Of a DNA stretch of 64,000 bases, positions 52,610 through 63,264 are shown piece by piece. The DNA lies in contig CAXXFL010000001.1 of assembly GCA_963674965.2 (NCBI GenBank), positions 544,001 to 608,000 on the forward strand, in the 5' to 3' direction. The DNA comes from a bacterium. Its GTDB lineage: Bacteria > RBG-13-61-14 > DATKZS01. Each line of letters begins with the position of its first letter. The stretch's first letter is position 1. The notes under the pieces were generated by a model, which worked only from the letters and a program-made list of their open reading frames with translations, was not told the DNA's origin and made no database searches. The translations under genes and the position numbers were made by a program.

Positions 52610-53689
52610 TTAGAAAATCACGTCCTCCTCGACGCTTCTCGTTCCTTTCCACATCTTCAGCTTGGCCGTGGGTTTTCCTCTTACCGAGTAGTCGATGAAG
52701 GCGTAGGTCATTCTTCTTTGACGGCCCAGGTTGGCCACGTCCAGGTGGATGATGTCGTTCCAGGTGCCGGTGTTGATGTAGAGCTTGTCGTGGCCGAAGC
52801 GGCGGAAGGCGGGCTGGTGGTTGTGCCCGAAGATAACCGTGTGATAGCCGGGCTTGGCCAGGATTTTTTTCGCGGGCTTGTCCAACTGGGGAATGAGGGA
52901 TATGTCGCTTAAAATCTCGTAGGTGCGCCGGTAATCGGTTATGTGTTTCCACCTGCCAAAGGACAGCCTTTCCTTGACGAAGAAGTTGGCCAGCTTGACG
53001 AGGGCGGGCACGGCGAAGCGCGGATTCAAGAAGACGCTGAGCAGCATGTATCTTCCAAAGGGCTGCACCCTGTCGATATAGGGCCTTTGCCGCTTGATCT
53101 CGTTCAAGTACTCGATGACCCAGATGCTTCCCCAGGGGATGTTCAAAAGGACCTCGCCATCGTGGTTTTTAACGAAGATTTTAGCGGGGTCCATGCGATT
53201 GGCCGCCGTGTACTGGTGGCCATGCTCGACCCACACCCCGTCGAAGGCGTAATGAAAGCCCGGATAATTAACCGGCGCGCCGAGGCGTCTCGAAATCTCG
53301 TCTCTGACCTCGGGCCAGTGGATGGCCGGGTCGTGGTTGCCCACGATGTAGGTTACCCGGTGGCCGGCCGCGTCGGCGAACCTTCTCATAGCGTCGAAAA
53401 GCTCGGGATGACCCTTCCAGATGCGGCGGGTCTTCTCGAGGGCAACCTCCTTGGATATCTCGGTGGGATACTTCTCCTGGTAGTCCACTTGCAGAGTGTT
53501 CAGAAAGTCCCCGTTCAAAATCAACTCGACGTCGGCCCGCTTGTAATCTCCCGTCGAGTAATGATCGAGGAAACCGATGAAACGGGAGTCGGCCGTGAAA
53601 CACTCGAGGGGATTGACCTCGCCGTCGTCCTTTAACATTCCCGAACCGACGTGGAAATCGCTGACTACCAGCTTGCACTTATTGGGCAT
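52610..53689 (-). CDS. calcineurin-like metallophosphoesterase
   Basis: SDFH, NGD, GNHD, EHGH and FGHNH motifs. Confidence 0.9.
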   Translation of the reverse strand: MPNKCKLVVSDFHVGSGMLKDDGEVNPLECFTADSRFIGFLDHYSTGDYKRADVELILNGDFLNTLQVDYQEKYPTEISKEVALEKTRRIWKGHPELFDAMRRFADAAGHRVTYIVGNHDPAIHWPEVRDEISRRLGAPVNYPGFHYAFDGVWVEHGHQYTAANRMDPAKIFVKNHDGEVLLNIPWGSIWVIEYLNEIKRQRPYIDRVQPFGRYMLLSVFLNPRFAVPALVKLANFFVKERLSFGRWKHITDYRRTYEILSDISLIPQLDKPAKKILAKPGYHTVIFGHNHQPAFRRFGHDKLYINTGTWNDIIHLDVANLGRQRRMTYAFIDYSVRGKPTAKLKMWKGTRSVEEDVIF

Positions 53690-53744
53690 TACTTCTCCCC
53701 GCCATTAAAACCGCGTGGTTGCCGTATTACTCCCGCGGCGCGGA

Positions 53745-55043
53745 TCAAGCTTCTCTACCGGTGATTTCGCGGTAGCACTCGAGGACCGACTCGTGTCCCA
53801 CGTCGCCGCCCGCGCCGGGACCTTTTAAAGAGTCTCCCACTAGAAAGAGCCCCTCCACGCCGGGTACCTTGTAGCCGGGACGCTTGCCCCGATGCTGGGA
53901 CACGTTCACCTCGACGCCGTCCACCATGGTCAGGCTGAGCGCCCTTTTCCACTCGATGGCTTCCTCGAGTCCCTTGAAGGTCCGGAAGATGGCGGCCTCG
54001 AGTTCGTCCTGCATCTTCGCGGCTTTTTCCTTGTCCGCCATTTCCTCGGGCTCGGCGGGCAGAAGCCAGGTTAGGAGCTGTTTTCCAGGCGGCGCCAACT
54101 CGGGGCAAAGGTTCGAGGTGAACATGCCGAAGGACATGGGCTTATAAAGGTACCATAACCCCGAGTCGGGAGATATCCTTCTTTTAAGTCCATAATCGAG
54201 CACCACGCCGGCCGTGGGCCGGAGGCCCTTGCAAAGGGAGACGAACTCCGGGAGAGTCAGGCCCTCCTCGAGCACCTCGAATATCTTTTGCGCCGGAAGG
54301 TTGATCACCACCCGGCCGCCCATGATTTGCTCGCCCGATTCGAGCTCGACCCCTTTGGCCTTACCGTCCTCGACGATGACCCTTTTTACCTTGGTCTCGG
54401 TCCTTATCTTTCCGTTTTCCTCGATCGCTTGAGTAAGGCAGTCGTAGATATAGGCCCATCCCCGGGTGGGATACATGGCGGAGCGGCCCTTTTGGAGCAC
54501 GCTTTTCACGTTGAGCAGCATCTCGCCCACGCTGGAGCGCTCGATATAGGGACAGACCTGCATGGAGGCGCTGACCAGATGGAAGTAATCCCTCATGCCC
54601 CCGGTGATATTATTTTGGTCCATCCAGTCCCGGACGCTCGTCTCGAGCAGGCCGGAAAGGTCCATGTTCCGGAGCTTGACCATAAGGGCCAGGGCCTTGA
54701 GCCGCTCGCCCACGCTCATGAGCCTGGTGGTTAAAAACCCGATGGGGCCGGTGGGAAAGTCCACCACCCGGCCGTCGGGAAAACCCACGAAGCTCTTGCC
54801 AAGGTCGGTGAACGCTATCTCCCGCTTAATGTGCCTGAACACCCTGGCCGTCGCGCTCTTGGGACCGAAGCGGATGAGGTGTATGCCGTTGTCCACGGTG
54901 AACCCGTCCTTTTCCCAGAGGAAAGCGCGGCCGCCCGCGTGCCTTAGCTTCTCGAGCACCAGGACTTCCTTGCCGTCCGAGGCCAGCATGGCCGCCAGTT
55001 GCAACCCGCATATGCCGCCGCCCACGAAGATGTAGTCAGGCAT
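53745..55043 (-). CDS. FAD-dependent oxidoreductase (phytoene desaturase/amine oxidase superfamily)
   Basis: VGGGICGL...VLEK...GGRA...DNGIH and GLFLVGD; GGAGG SD before ATG 55043. Confidence 0.85.
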   Translation of the reverse strand: MPDYIFVGGGICGLQLAAMLASDGKEVLVLEKLRHAGGRAFLWEKDGFTVDNGIHLIRFGPKSATARVFRHIKREIAFTDLGKSFVGFPDGRVVDFPTGPIGFLTTRLMSVGERLKALALMVKLRNMDLSGLLETSVRDWMDQNNITGGMRDYFHLVSASMQVCPYIERSSVGEMLLNVKSVLQKGRSAMYPTRGWAYIYDCLTQAIEENGKIRTETKVKRVIVEDGKAKGVELESGEQIMGGRVVINLPAQKIFEVLEEGLTLPEFVSLCKGLRPTAGVVLDYGLKRRISPDSGLWYLYKPMSFGMFTSNLCPELAPPGKQLLTWLLPAEPEEMADKEKAAKMQDELEAAIFRTFKGLEEAIEWKRALSLTMVDGVEVNVSQHRGKRPGYKVPGVEGLFLVGDSLKGPGAGGDVGHESVLECYREITGREA

Positions 55044-55071
55044 GGTCCCCTCCATTTGCCTCTCCTTTATT

Positions 55072-57162
55072 TTATCCCGACACCTTGAAGCTTTCGGCCA
55101 GGAGGCCGTCGGGATTGGAAGACGGCCCGACCCAAAGGAAGTAATCGATCTCCTCGACTTCCCACTCGCCGTTTTCCACGTTGTAGAAGGCCAGGTCCTT
55201 CGCGGCGACCTTCAACGAGACCGAGCGGGTCTGACCCGGCTCGAGCGCGACCTTGCCGAACGCCTTGAGTTCCCTCGGGACCCTTTCCACGCTCGATCCA
55301 TTATAGCCGACGTAGAGCTGCACTATCTCCTCGCCGGCCACCTTGCCCGCGTTGGTCACGTCGACCCTGGCCTCGATCTCCCCGTTTTTATCCATGGTCT
55401 TTTTATCGAGCCGGAGGTTCGCGTACTCGTACTCGGTATAGGACAGGCCGAAGCCGAAGTGGAACTCCGGCTCGAGCCCGTTCTTATCGAAGTAGCGGTA
55501 GCCGTGGTACTGATCTATCTCGACTTCCTTGGCCTTGCTGTCGAACTCGAAGAGCTGGGAGACCGACTTGGGCCAGGCGATGGGCAGCTTGGCCGAGGGG
55601 TTTACGTCCCCGAAAATCACGTCGGCCAGGGCGTGTCCGCCCTCCATGCCGGAGTACCAGGACATGACGATGGCCGAGACCTGGTCCTTCCAGTCACCCA
55701 TGGTGATGGCCGAGCCCCCGATGAGAACGACCACCGAGTTCGCGTTGGCCGAGGCCACCGTCTTGATGAGCCTCTCCTGGCCCTCGGCCAGGTCCAGGTC
55801 CAGGCGGTCCTTGCCCTCCTTCTCCTCCTTGGCGGTCAAGCCCACAACCAGGATTACCGCGTCGGACTCCCCGGCCTTTTTCTTTGCCGAGGAAAGCGAG
55901 CTTCCATTATCGTGGATTACCTCCACGCCTGGCCCCAGCTTCTCCGTTACTCCCTGCAGAGGCGTGACCGTGTAGGGCGGCGTGACCCTGCTCGAGCCCT
56001 TGTCCCCAATGTTGCCCACGTCCGCGAAGGGGCCAATAAGGGCGATCTTCTTTATCTTATTGGCGTCAAGAGGGAGCAGACTCTTTTCGTTCTTCAAAAG
56101 CAGGATGGATTTATGAGCGGCTTCCCGAGCCAGCCCGGCGTGCTCGGTCCCGGCGATCATGGACGCGTCGTAGTTCGAGCTATCCACCTCGAAGCGGAAC
56201 TTCTGGCGAAGAATTCGGGTGACCGCCTCGTCGATCACCGCCTCGGAGACCTCGCCTCTTTTCACGGCCCGCTCGAGCTTGGAGCCGAAATTCTCCGGAC
56301 TGGGCATTTCCACGTCAAGCCCCGCGTTGGCCGCCTCGACCGTGTCCTCCACCGCGCTCACCCAGTCGGAGATGACCAGCCCGTCGAACTTCCACTCGCC
56401 CTTCAAAATATCGCGAAGGAGGTGATCGTTGTGAGCGCAAAGTTCTCCGTTCAGGTCGTTATAGGCGCTCATCACGGAAGCCGCGCCGTCCTCGACGCAT
56501 TTCTTGAAATGAGGCAGATAGATTTCGCGCAGGGTCCGCTCGTCGACCTTGGCGTTCACGTAGAAGCGCGAGTCGTCGATATTATTGACGGCGAAATGCT
56601 TGGGACAGGCCATGACGTGCTTCTGTATGCCCCTTACGTTGGCCGAGCCCATAAGGCTCATGTGATGGGGGTCCTCCCCGTAGGTCTCCTGGGCCCTGCC
56701 CCAGCTCGGGTGGCGAAGTATGTTTATGCACGGAGCGAGAAGCATGTTCCCCTCGAAGGCGGCCGTCTCGTAACCCATGGCGACTCCGATCCTTTCCTCG
56801 AGGTCCGGGTCCCATGAGGCGCCCCTGGCCGCGCCCACGGGAAAACAGGTGGACTTGTAAAACAGACCCACCCCGCGGGGACCGTCAAGGCACTTGAGGG
56901 CGGGCACGCCCAGCCTCGAGTTGGCGGGCGTATAACCGGTGTACCGCTTGCCCTTTATCGACGCCGCGTTCAGGACGTCCTTCATCAGCCAGCCCGACAT
57001 CTGCTGGACTTTCTCCTTGAGGGTCATTTGGCCTAGCACCTCGGCCACTTTCGCCTCGATCTCCGAATCGCCAAGACCGGAAGGCCCGGCAAGAGTTGTC
57101 CCGGGAATACCGATAATCGCCGCCGCCGCTCCGGCCGCCTTTAAAAAGTCTCTACGGTCCAT
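55072..57162 (-). CDS. Tat-exported GH3 beta-glucosidase
   Basis: DRRDFLK Tat signal; DGPRG, GRAQETYGEDP, KHF, VMSAYN, ISDW nucleophile; C-terminal Fn3-like domain. Confidence 0.93.
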   Translation of the reverse strand: MDRRDFLKAAGAAAAIIGIPGTTLAGPSGLGDSEIEAKVAEVLGQMTLKEKVQQMSGWLMKDVLNAASIKGKRYTGYTPANSRLGVPALKCLDGPRGVGLFYKSTCFPVGAARGASWDPDLEERIGVAMGYETAAFEGNMLLAPCINILRHPSWGRAQETYGEDPHHMSLMGSANVRGIQKHVMACPKHFAVNNIDDSRFYVNAKVDERTLREIYLPHFKKCVEDGAASVMSAYNDLNGELCAHNDHLLRDILKGEWKFDGLVISDWVSAVEDTVEAANAGLDVEMPSPENFGSKLERAVKRGEVSEAVIDEAVTRILRQKFRFEVDSSNYDASMIAGTEHAGLAREAAHKSILLLKNEKSLLPLDANKIKKIALIGPFADVGNIGDKGSSRVTPPYTVTPLQGVTEKLGPGVEVIHDNGSSLSSAKKKAGESDAVILVVGLTAKEEKEGKDRLDLDLAEGQERLIKTVASANANSVVVLIGGSAITMGDWKDQVSAIVMSWYSGMEGGHALADVIFGDVNPSAKLPIAWPKSVSQLFEFDSKAKEVEIDQYHGYRYFDKNGLEPEFHFGFGLSYTEYEYANLRLDKKTMDKNGEIEARVDVTNAGKVAGEEIVQLYVGYNGSSVERVPRELKAFGKVALEPGQTRSVSLKVAAKDLAFYNVENGEWEVEEIDYFLWVGPSSNPDGLLAESFKVSG

Positions 57163-57378
57163 GATATGCTCCTTTCCAATATTTCGGTTGAATCGTGAAG
57201 CGGCGCCTGGTGACGCCGCGAGATTTTTCACGCGCCCTTCGAAGTGATCTAATTGTATTCGCGCCGGATAGCTAAATCAACCTGATGGACCTTACTTCGC
57301 GTTTTTATCCGGGCCGGACGGGAACGTTTCGCTACTATGGAGGTCTTACCATGACCATCGAGTTTTCAGGGAGCGGCC

Positions 57379-58107
57379 ATGGATCATGAAGATAAAAAAG
57401 CAATAGTCGTCGGGGCCTCCTCGGGGATAGGACGCGAACTGGCGCTACTTCTCGGGCAAAAGGGCTACCGGGTTGGACTGACGGCCAGGCGGGAAGACCT
57501 GCTATATGAGCTGCAAAAGCTCATACCCGGGTCGATCGTCAAAAAAATAGACGTCTCGAAAGCGGATGAAACCATGGAGGACCTTGAGGCCCTCGTTGCC
57601 GAGCTCGGCGGTCTGGACCTTATCATATTATCCGCCGGGACCGGCCATCTGAACGACGATCTTGAATGGCCCCTCGAGCTGGATACCATCGAGGTAAACG
57701 TCAAAGGTTTTGCCGCCTCGGCCAACGTGGCCATGCGCTATTTCATCGATGCGGGAAAAGGACACCTGGTGGGGATTTCCTCGATAGCCGCTTTGAGAGG
57801 GTCCGCGGCGGCCCCGGCTTATTACGCTTCCAAGGCGTTTGTTTCCAATTATTTACAGGGCCTTAGACATAAAGCCGTCAAGCTGGACCTGCCCATAATC
57901 ATTACGGACATCCAGCCGGGACTGGTCGATACGGCCATGGCCCAGGGCGAAGGTCTGTTCTGGGTCCAGCCTCCCAAGAAAGCCGCCGCCCAAATCATGA
58001 AAGCCATCGAACGGAAAAAAAAGCACGCCTACGTCACCAGAAGATGGAGAATTATCGCGTGGCTCTTCAAGATTCTGCCCGACGCGATCTATCATAAAAT
58101 GGGGTGA
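57379..58107 (+). CDS. SDR-family oxidoreductase
   Basis: GASSGIG, YYASK, PGLVDT. Confidence 0.92.
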   Translation: MDHEDKKAIVVGASSGIGRELALLLGQKGYRVGLTARREDLLYELQKLIPGSIVKKIDVSKADETMEDLEALVAELGGLDLIILSAGTGHLNDDLEWPLELDTIEVNVKGFAASANVAMRYFIDAGKGHLVGISSIAALRGSAAAPAYYASKAFVSNYLQGLRHKAVKLDLPIIITDIQPGLVDTAMAQGEGLFWVQPPKKAAAQIMKAIERKKKHAYVTRRWRIIAWLFKILPDAIYHKMG

Positions 58108-58255
58108 CTGCTTCGAGACCTCCTGAAAGCGCGGTCATTTCCAGAGTCGGCTTTGCAGCTTATTAAACAAATCCGATAGTCAAACGCCGTCTCCAGGGTC
58201 CTTTACTTGAACGACCTTGGTCTTGGCTGTTATTTTATAAGGCGGGAGGGTTTGG

Positions 58256-59371
58256 ATGGAATATTTTATGAACCTCTTGTCAATAGAGGACCTGGATTAC
58301 GGAGTCTATCGCTACGCCGCCGCTTTCGGGGCCATATTTCTCGGTTTTCTGCTTAAACGACTTACCGTCTTTATTTCCACTAAATTAAAAAAAGTCACGG
58401 AGAAGACCGAGTTCCGCTACGACGACATACTTATCGAATCTCTTATCGCCCCGATCGGTTGGGCCTTCCTTATACTCGGCGTTTACCTTGCCACGCTGTT
58501 TTTGCCCATTCCAGACGAGCCGGTGAACTTCCGCTTTTTCGTTTCCGCCCTTGTTCGCTCGGCCACGGCCATTATCATTATCTGGATTATCGCGGGCCTT
58601 ATCGACCGCTTGACCCAGCTCTGGTCGGAGAAGGCGACCGAGACCGACACCCGGCTGGACGACCAATTCATTCCCATCGTACGCTCGGCCAGCCGCGTGT
58701 TCTTCGTTCTTATCGGGGTGGTCCTGGTGCTCCAGAACCTTGGCTACTCGGTGACCAGTCTTGTGGCCGGGTTCGGCCTTGGCGGCGCGGCCGTGGCCCT
58801 GGCCTCCAAGGACTCCCTTTCCAATCTGTTCGGCTCGATAGTGATATTCCTCGACCGCCCCTTCCAGATCGGGGACTGGATCGAGATAGGACCGATCGAG
58901 GGGACCGTCGAGGAAGTGGGACTTCGCACCACGAAAATCAGGACCTTTCCCAACAGCCTCATCACCATGCCCAACGCCATGCTGACCACCACCGCCATCA
59001 ACAACTGGTCGCGCATGAAGAAGCGCCGAATAAAAACGACCATCGGCATAACCTATGACGCCGCGCCGGACCGGATCGAGGCCGCCGTCCAGTCCATAAA
59101 AGACGTAATCTTAAACGACCCGAAAATCCGAAACGATTTCTTTCTCGTCAACTTTGCCGGATTTGGAGAATCGTCCCTCGAGATTTTCATCTATTGCTTC
59201 ACCGTGACCACCAACTGGGCCGAATACATGGACGCCAAGCAGGAGTTTTTCCTGGCCATCATGAAAAGGTTCCGCGAGCTGGGCCTCGAGTTCGCCTTCC
59301 CGACCAGGACCGTTCACCTGGCGCCAGGCGCTTACGATGCCCTCGAGCCGGGCCGGGAGTATCCCGAGTAA
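58256..59371 (+). CDS. MscS-family mechanosensitive channel
   Basis: GLGGAAVALA..D.LSNLFG...DRPFQIGDWI...GTVEEVGLRTT; FAFP. Confidence 0.93.
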   Translation: MEYFMNLLSIEDLDYGVYRYAAAFGAIFLGFLLKRLTVFISTKLKKVTEKTEFRYDDILIESLIAPIGWAFLILGVYLATLFLPIPDEPVNFRFFVSALVRSATAIIIIWIIAGLIDRLTQLWSEKATETDTRLDDQFIPIVRSASRVFFVLIGVVLVLQNLGYSVTSLVAGFGLGGAAVALASKDSLSNLFGSIVIFLDRPFQIGDWIEIGPIEGTVEEVGLRTTKIRTFPNSLITMPNAMLTTTAINNWSRMKKRRIKTTIGITYDAAPDRIEAAVQSIKDVILNDPKIRNDFFLVNFAGFGESSLEIFIYCFTVTTNWAEYMDAKQEFFLAIMKRFRELGLEFAFPTRTVHLAPGAYDALEPGREYPE

Positions 59372-59509
59372 CAATTCTGACTTCCATATATGGACGCGCC
59401 GCTTTTGCTAACCGATCGGGACCCCGATAAAGCGGCATCGTCCTCGGGCGGAGTAATCTCCTCGGGTCCGGGAAATTATGGCGCGGTTTAACAATTTTTG
59501 ATTAAACGG

Positions 59510-59722
59510 CTTTTTACGGGTCCAGAGCATGACGTCCGGCGAGAAAACCGCGCCCGGGCCGTGAGCCGCGGCCATGACGATCACGCTTTTGGCGGTGGGC
59601 ATAAGGTCGGTCGCCGGCCTGGGAGGATGGGCGAGGATGAGGTCCCTCGCGCCGGCAATGCCCACCAGATCGATCCCACCGGCAAGCAAGTGCCTTTTAA
59701 TCTCGGAGGCGGTTATCTCCAT
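59510..59722 (-). pseudogene. N-terminal fragment of a QueG/reductive-dehalogenase-like Fe-S protein
   Basis: MEITASEIKRHLLAGGIDLVGIA...PATDLMPTAKSVIVMA with a good SD. After about 70 aa the frame runs into non-coding-looking sequence to a stop at 59408, with no 4Fe-4S Cys motifs. Confidence 0.6.
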
Positions 59723-59739
59723 CTTCCATCTCCTCCGCT

Positions 59740-60732
59740 TTACCAAAGAAGCTCAAGGACATAATACGTTGGTGGGTGGCTCTTTAATGGACTGAGTACA
59801 ATTTCGCCTTTATTGGAGATATCATAAACATGTAGGCGTGAATCACTTAAAGAGGGTGGCAACTCAATCTTTCTGATATTTTGCGAAATGCAAGAATAAA
59901 CAAATAGCTCGTCTCTTCCACAAGCTCCATTGTCTGCTCCCTCCAACAAATCCCCACATTCATTTAAGTCCCATCGAAAACTCCATTTTCTAGCTAATAT
60001 TGACATGCCGTCCGGGAACCATCCAACATATTCATAAAATGGAATATGTAAATTTGAAGGAGGAGGGTCAGGAATAACAATGTTTTTATCTTCTCCTGTA
60101 GGCAGGAGAAACTCCTCCTTGGTTATTGTGTTATATAAAAGGCTTCTTCTTCCATCATTAACTAATATTGTAAAACCGTTTGGGCTGTTAAGTATAATTG
60201 AGCTCATCTCGTTCGAGATATTTCGTAGGGTTATCTTTTCATCGGGACGCTCTTCATGAGTAATATATTTTATCCCACCGCTATCTTTCAAATAATAGCC
60301 CGATTGAATGACGTCGTAAGTCATTTTTTGATGGCAGCCATCTGAAGCGGCCCCATAAACCTTTAATAAATTTCTTCCGTAATATTCATTTCCCTCAATA
60401 TCATCTATAGTTATTTTACCATTACTCGGCTTTAATGTATCTCTATCGAGAAGAATATATGCATTTTGTGAATTGGTCGCGAGTACGTCGCTGCCTATCC
60501 AGTAATTTAATATGTATTCGCCAGTTGTCTTTATCTGAACGGTATTTCCATCAACGAAAAACAATTGTCCGTTGCCTAAAAGATAATTTACATCGCTTCG
60601 ACAGCACGTCAATCCAGTAATGGACTTTGCCGAACTAAATTGATATTTGATTTTACTTTTGACGGGTCCCGTATCGGTGAAATTCAGACACAGTAACGCG
60701 GCAATTATTAAAAGAAATTTTGCTGGCTTCAT
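59740..60732 (-). CDS. AT-rich hypothetical exported protein
   Basis: 330-aa ORF; signal peptide MKPAKFLLIIAALLC...; beta-rich; WFPDG-like motif reminiscent of propeller blades; AAGGAG SD. Confidence 0.7.
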   Translation of the reverse strand: MKPAKFLLIIAALLCLNFTDTGPVKSKIKYQFSSAKSITGLTCCRSDVNYLLGNGQLFFVDGNTVQIKTTGEYILNYWIGSDVLATNSQNAYILLDRDTLKPSNGKITIDDIEGNEYYGRNLLKVYGAASDGCHQKMTYDVIQSGYYLKDSGGIKYITHEERPDEKITLRNISNEMSSIILNSPNGFTILVNDGRRSLLYNTITKEEFLLPTGEDKNIVIPDPPPSNLHIPFYEYVGWFPDGMSILARKWSFRWDLNECGDLLEGADNGACGRDELFVYSCISQNIRKIELPPSLSDSRLHVYDISNKGEIVLSPLKSHPPTYYVLELLW

Positions 60733-60898
60733 TTCGTCTCCTTATGCGGTTACCATGTCGTCCTTTTCAGCGATAAAGGTCCCGAAGTTTTGGGGACATT
60801 TTGTCGAATTCCTCTTTGGCCCGGTCTGGCCCTCTGTGCCAATGTAGATGAGACACTTCCCCTATGTTAAATTACTGTAGGGCGGGGGAGGTATTAGG

Positions 60899-61438
60899 AT
60901 GTATAGAGAGATGGATGAAGACGGGAAGAAGGCAGGGATTGTTGGGGAGACGGAGGGAGCCCGTAGGGCGACCGGAGTCTCCCCAACCGGGACGTCCGAG
61001 CCGGATGACACTCCGGCCAAGCGGCCCGAGCGGGGAGGGGCGCCGATCATTCTTCCCGACCCGGAGGTCCCGGAAAAGCCCGCCCGGCGGCGCTTCACCG
61101 CGGCTTACAAGCTCGCAATCCTCGGGAAGGCCGACGCCTGCTCGGGGCATGGCGAGGTCGGCGCCCTGCTGCGCCGGGAGGGCCTTTATTCGTCGCGCCT
61201 GACGGCCTGGCGCAAGCAGCGGGACGAGGGGGCCTTGAAAGCGCTTTCGCCCGTAAAGCGGGGCCGCAAGCCCAAGACCAAAAACCCGCTGGCCGATGAA
61301 GTGGCCCGCCTCGAGCGCGAGAACCGGAAGCTCCAAAAGCGGCTCGAACAGGCCGAGATGATAATCGACTTCCAAAAAAAAGTTGCCGATCTGCTGGGGA
61401 TACCCCTGGCCAAGCCGCCCGGCGAAGAGAGCGAATGA
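60899..61438 (+). CDS. IS3-family transposase OrfA
   Basis: RRRFTAAYKLAIL...GALLRREGLYSS..TAWR HTH region and leucine zipper LERENRKLQKRL...IIDFQKK. Confidence 0.85.
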   Translation: MYREMDEDGKKAGIVGETEGARRATGVSPTGTSEPDDTPAKRPERGGAPIILPDPEVPEKPARRRFTAAYKLAILGKADACSGHGEVGALLRREGLYSSRLTAWRKQRDEGALKALSPVKRGRKPKTKNPLADEVARLERENRKLQKRLEQAEMIIDFQKKVADLLGIPLAKPPGEESE

Positions 61439-61614
61439 TGGAATCGGCAAGCACGGCCGCTCCCCGGGTCGGCGTCAAGGCCGCCTGCGAGGCCCTGGGC
61501 CTGTCGCGGGCAACGTTCAATCGCCGCGCTAAAATTCCCTTCGGGCCTCCGCCGCCGAGGCGCGCGGCCAAGCCGGCAAGGTCGTTAAGCGAGGACGAGC
61601 GGCGCCGCTTTTAA
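61435..61614 (+). pseudogene. IS3-family OrfB N-terminal fragment
   Basis: VGVKAACEALGLSRATFNR...PARSLSEDER, ending after 59 aa at the metF stop. Confidence 0.8.
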
Positions 61615-62516
61615 TTCCGCACCACCTCGATCTCGGCGTGCTTGAGGATTTGGGGGACGATATCGGTCCAGCCGAGGGGCATGATATGGACGCCCTGCAC
61701 CATGGGCTTTATTTCTTTGATGAAGTTTCCCATCATCTCGGCGGCCTTCTTTTTGCGGTCATCCTTGCCGACCGAGCCGATCTCCTCGATCCACGAGTCG
61801 GGCACGGTGATGCCCGAGACGTTCCGGTTCATGAACTTGCCCATCTGGGGGGACTTGAGCACGACCACGCCGAGCTGGATGGGCCGTCCGAACTTTTCGG
61901 CCTTCTTGATGAACTCGGAGAAAATCTTCTTGTCGTAAACCGCCTGGGTCTGGAACCACTCGGCGCCCTCGTCGACCTTCTTTTTCATTTTCAGGAGCTG
62001 GAGGTCCAGGGGCTCGAAGTTGGGGTTGACCACCGCGCCGATGGCCATGTCGGGCGGGTTCTCGATCTCGTTTCCCACCATGTCGCGGCCTTCCCGAAGC
62101 TCGCGGGCCATTTTGATGAGCTGTACCGAGTCGATGTCGAACACGGGCTTGGCCTGCTTGTGGTCGCCGAGCTTGATATGGTCTCCCGTCAGCAGGAGCA
62201 TGTTGTCGATGCCCAGGGAATAGGCGGTGAGGACGTCCGACTGGAGGGCGATGCGGTTTCGGTCGCGGCAGGTAAGCTGATAGATGGGCTCGTGTCCTTT
62301 TTTCTTGAGCTGCACGCAGGCGGCGAGTGACCCCAGCCGCATGACCGCGCTCTGGTTGTCGGTCACGTTGATGGCGTGGGTCGTGCCGGACAGGGCCAGG
62401 GCCTCCTTGGCGCAGCCGGGCGTGATATAGGGGTCGCGGGGCACGGCGCCCTTGATGGGACCCACTTCTCCGGTTACGACGAACGTTCCCTTGTCGAATA
62501 ATTCGGTAATCTTCAT
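61611..62516 (-). CDS. metF: methylenetetrahydrofolate reductase catalytic subunit
   Basis: VTGEVGP, NVTDNQ, QLTCRDRNRIALQ, LTGD, FQTQ, GVHIM. Confidence 0.92.
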   Translation of the reverse strand: MKITELFDKGTFVVTGEVGPIKGAVPRDPYITPGCAKEALALSGTTHAINVTDNQSAVMRLGSLAACVQLKKKGHEPIYQLTCRDRNRIALQSDVLTAYSLGIDNMLLLTGDHIKLGDHKQAKPVFDIDSVQLIKMARELREGRDMVGNEIENPPDMAIGAVVNPNFEPLDLQLLKMKKKVDEGAEWFQTQAVYDKKIFSEFIKKAEKFGRPIQLGVVVLKSPQMGKFMNRNVSGITVPDSWIEEIGSVGKDDRKKKAAEMMGNFIKEIKPMVQGVHIMPLGWTDIVPQILKHAEIEVVRN

Positions 62517-62544
62517 GATATGGTCTCCATTCTCGAGATTGGCT

Positions 62545-63264
62545 TCAGTCGCGGTTGTTGACGGTTACCGCGCCGTCCTGGGAGCGGAAGGTGGCCGACT
62601 CGGGCGACACGGTCAGGGTCCGGGGCTTGGAGAACCGGGCGTGGTTCTTGGGCTCCCGGAAGGAATCGAGCAAATCGAGGCGTCCCAGCTTCTTTAGCCT
62701 CTCGTAGATCATCACCCAGCCGCATTCCCTGTCCTTGTCCACCTCGCACATGCCCTTTTCCGCGCCGCCGCAGGGCCCGTTCAAGAGGGACTTCGAGCAA
62801 AGGGTCACGGGACAAAGGCCGCCGGTGTACTCGATGACGCACTCGCCGCAAAGCGAGCAATACTCGTTGATCTCGTTCTCGGAGACGGTCTCGCCGCCGA
62901 AGATGGTGTCGCAGCCGGGATGTACCATGCCCCCGTCGGTGGCGTCGATGACGGTGTGAATGCCCTGGCCGCAGGAGAGGACCAGGAAGGAGTCGGCCCT
63001 CGAGGTCTGCTCGGCGTATTCCTCCATCAGGACCTTCCTGGTGTTGGACAGCTTGCAAAGGGACATGCCGGGAGGACCGGGAACGCACCATCCCGCCACC
63101 TCGGCGCCCCGCTTCCTCAGCCGCTCGGCCATGGCCTCCGTCTCGGTCTCGCCGCCCGAGTGGCACTTCATGGCGCAGTTGCCGCATCCCACCACGAACA
63201 CCTTTTCGCCTTTCCTCAAGTAACCCACGATCTCGTCGATCTTTTTCTGAATGGTCGCGTGCAT
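62545..63264 (-). CDS. metV: MetV (Cys-rich MTHFR partner subunit)
   Basis: GCGNCA..C, SCGQG and CSLCGEC......CPVTLCSKSLLNGPCGG...CEV.....C.W; directly upstream of metF. Confidence 0.9.
   Translation of the reverse strand: MHATIQKKIDEIVGYLRKGEKVFVVGCGNCAMKCHSGGETETEAMAERLRKRGAEVAGWCVPGPPGMSLCKLSNTRKVLMEEYAEQTSRADSFLVLSCGQGIHTVIDATDGGMVHPGCDTIFGGETVSENEINEYCSLCGECVIEYTGGLCPVTLCSKSLLNGPCGGAEKGMCEVDKDRECGWVMIYERLKKLGRLDLLDSFREPKNHARFSKPRTLTVSPESATFRSQDGAVTVNNRD

Larger units (their letters stand above)
60837..61614 (+). mobile_element. truncated IS3-family insertion sequence (left end, orfA and start of orfB)
   Basis: Candidate left IR TGCCAATGTAGATGAGACAC at 60837; orfA and orfB overlap (GAATGATG); no DDE domain or right end. 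Confidence 0.8.
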
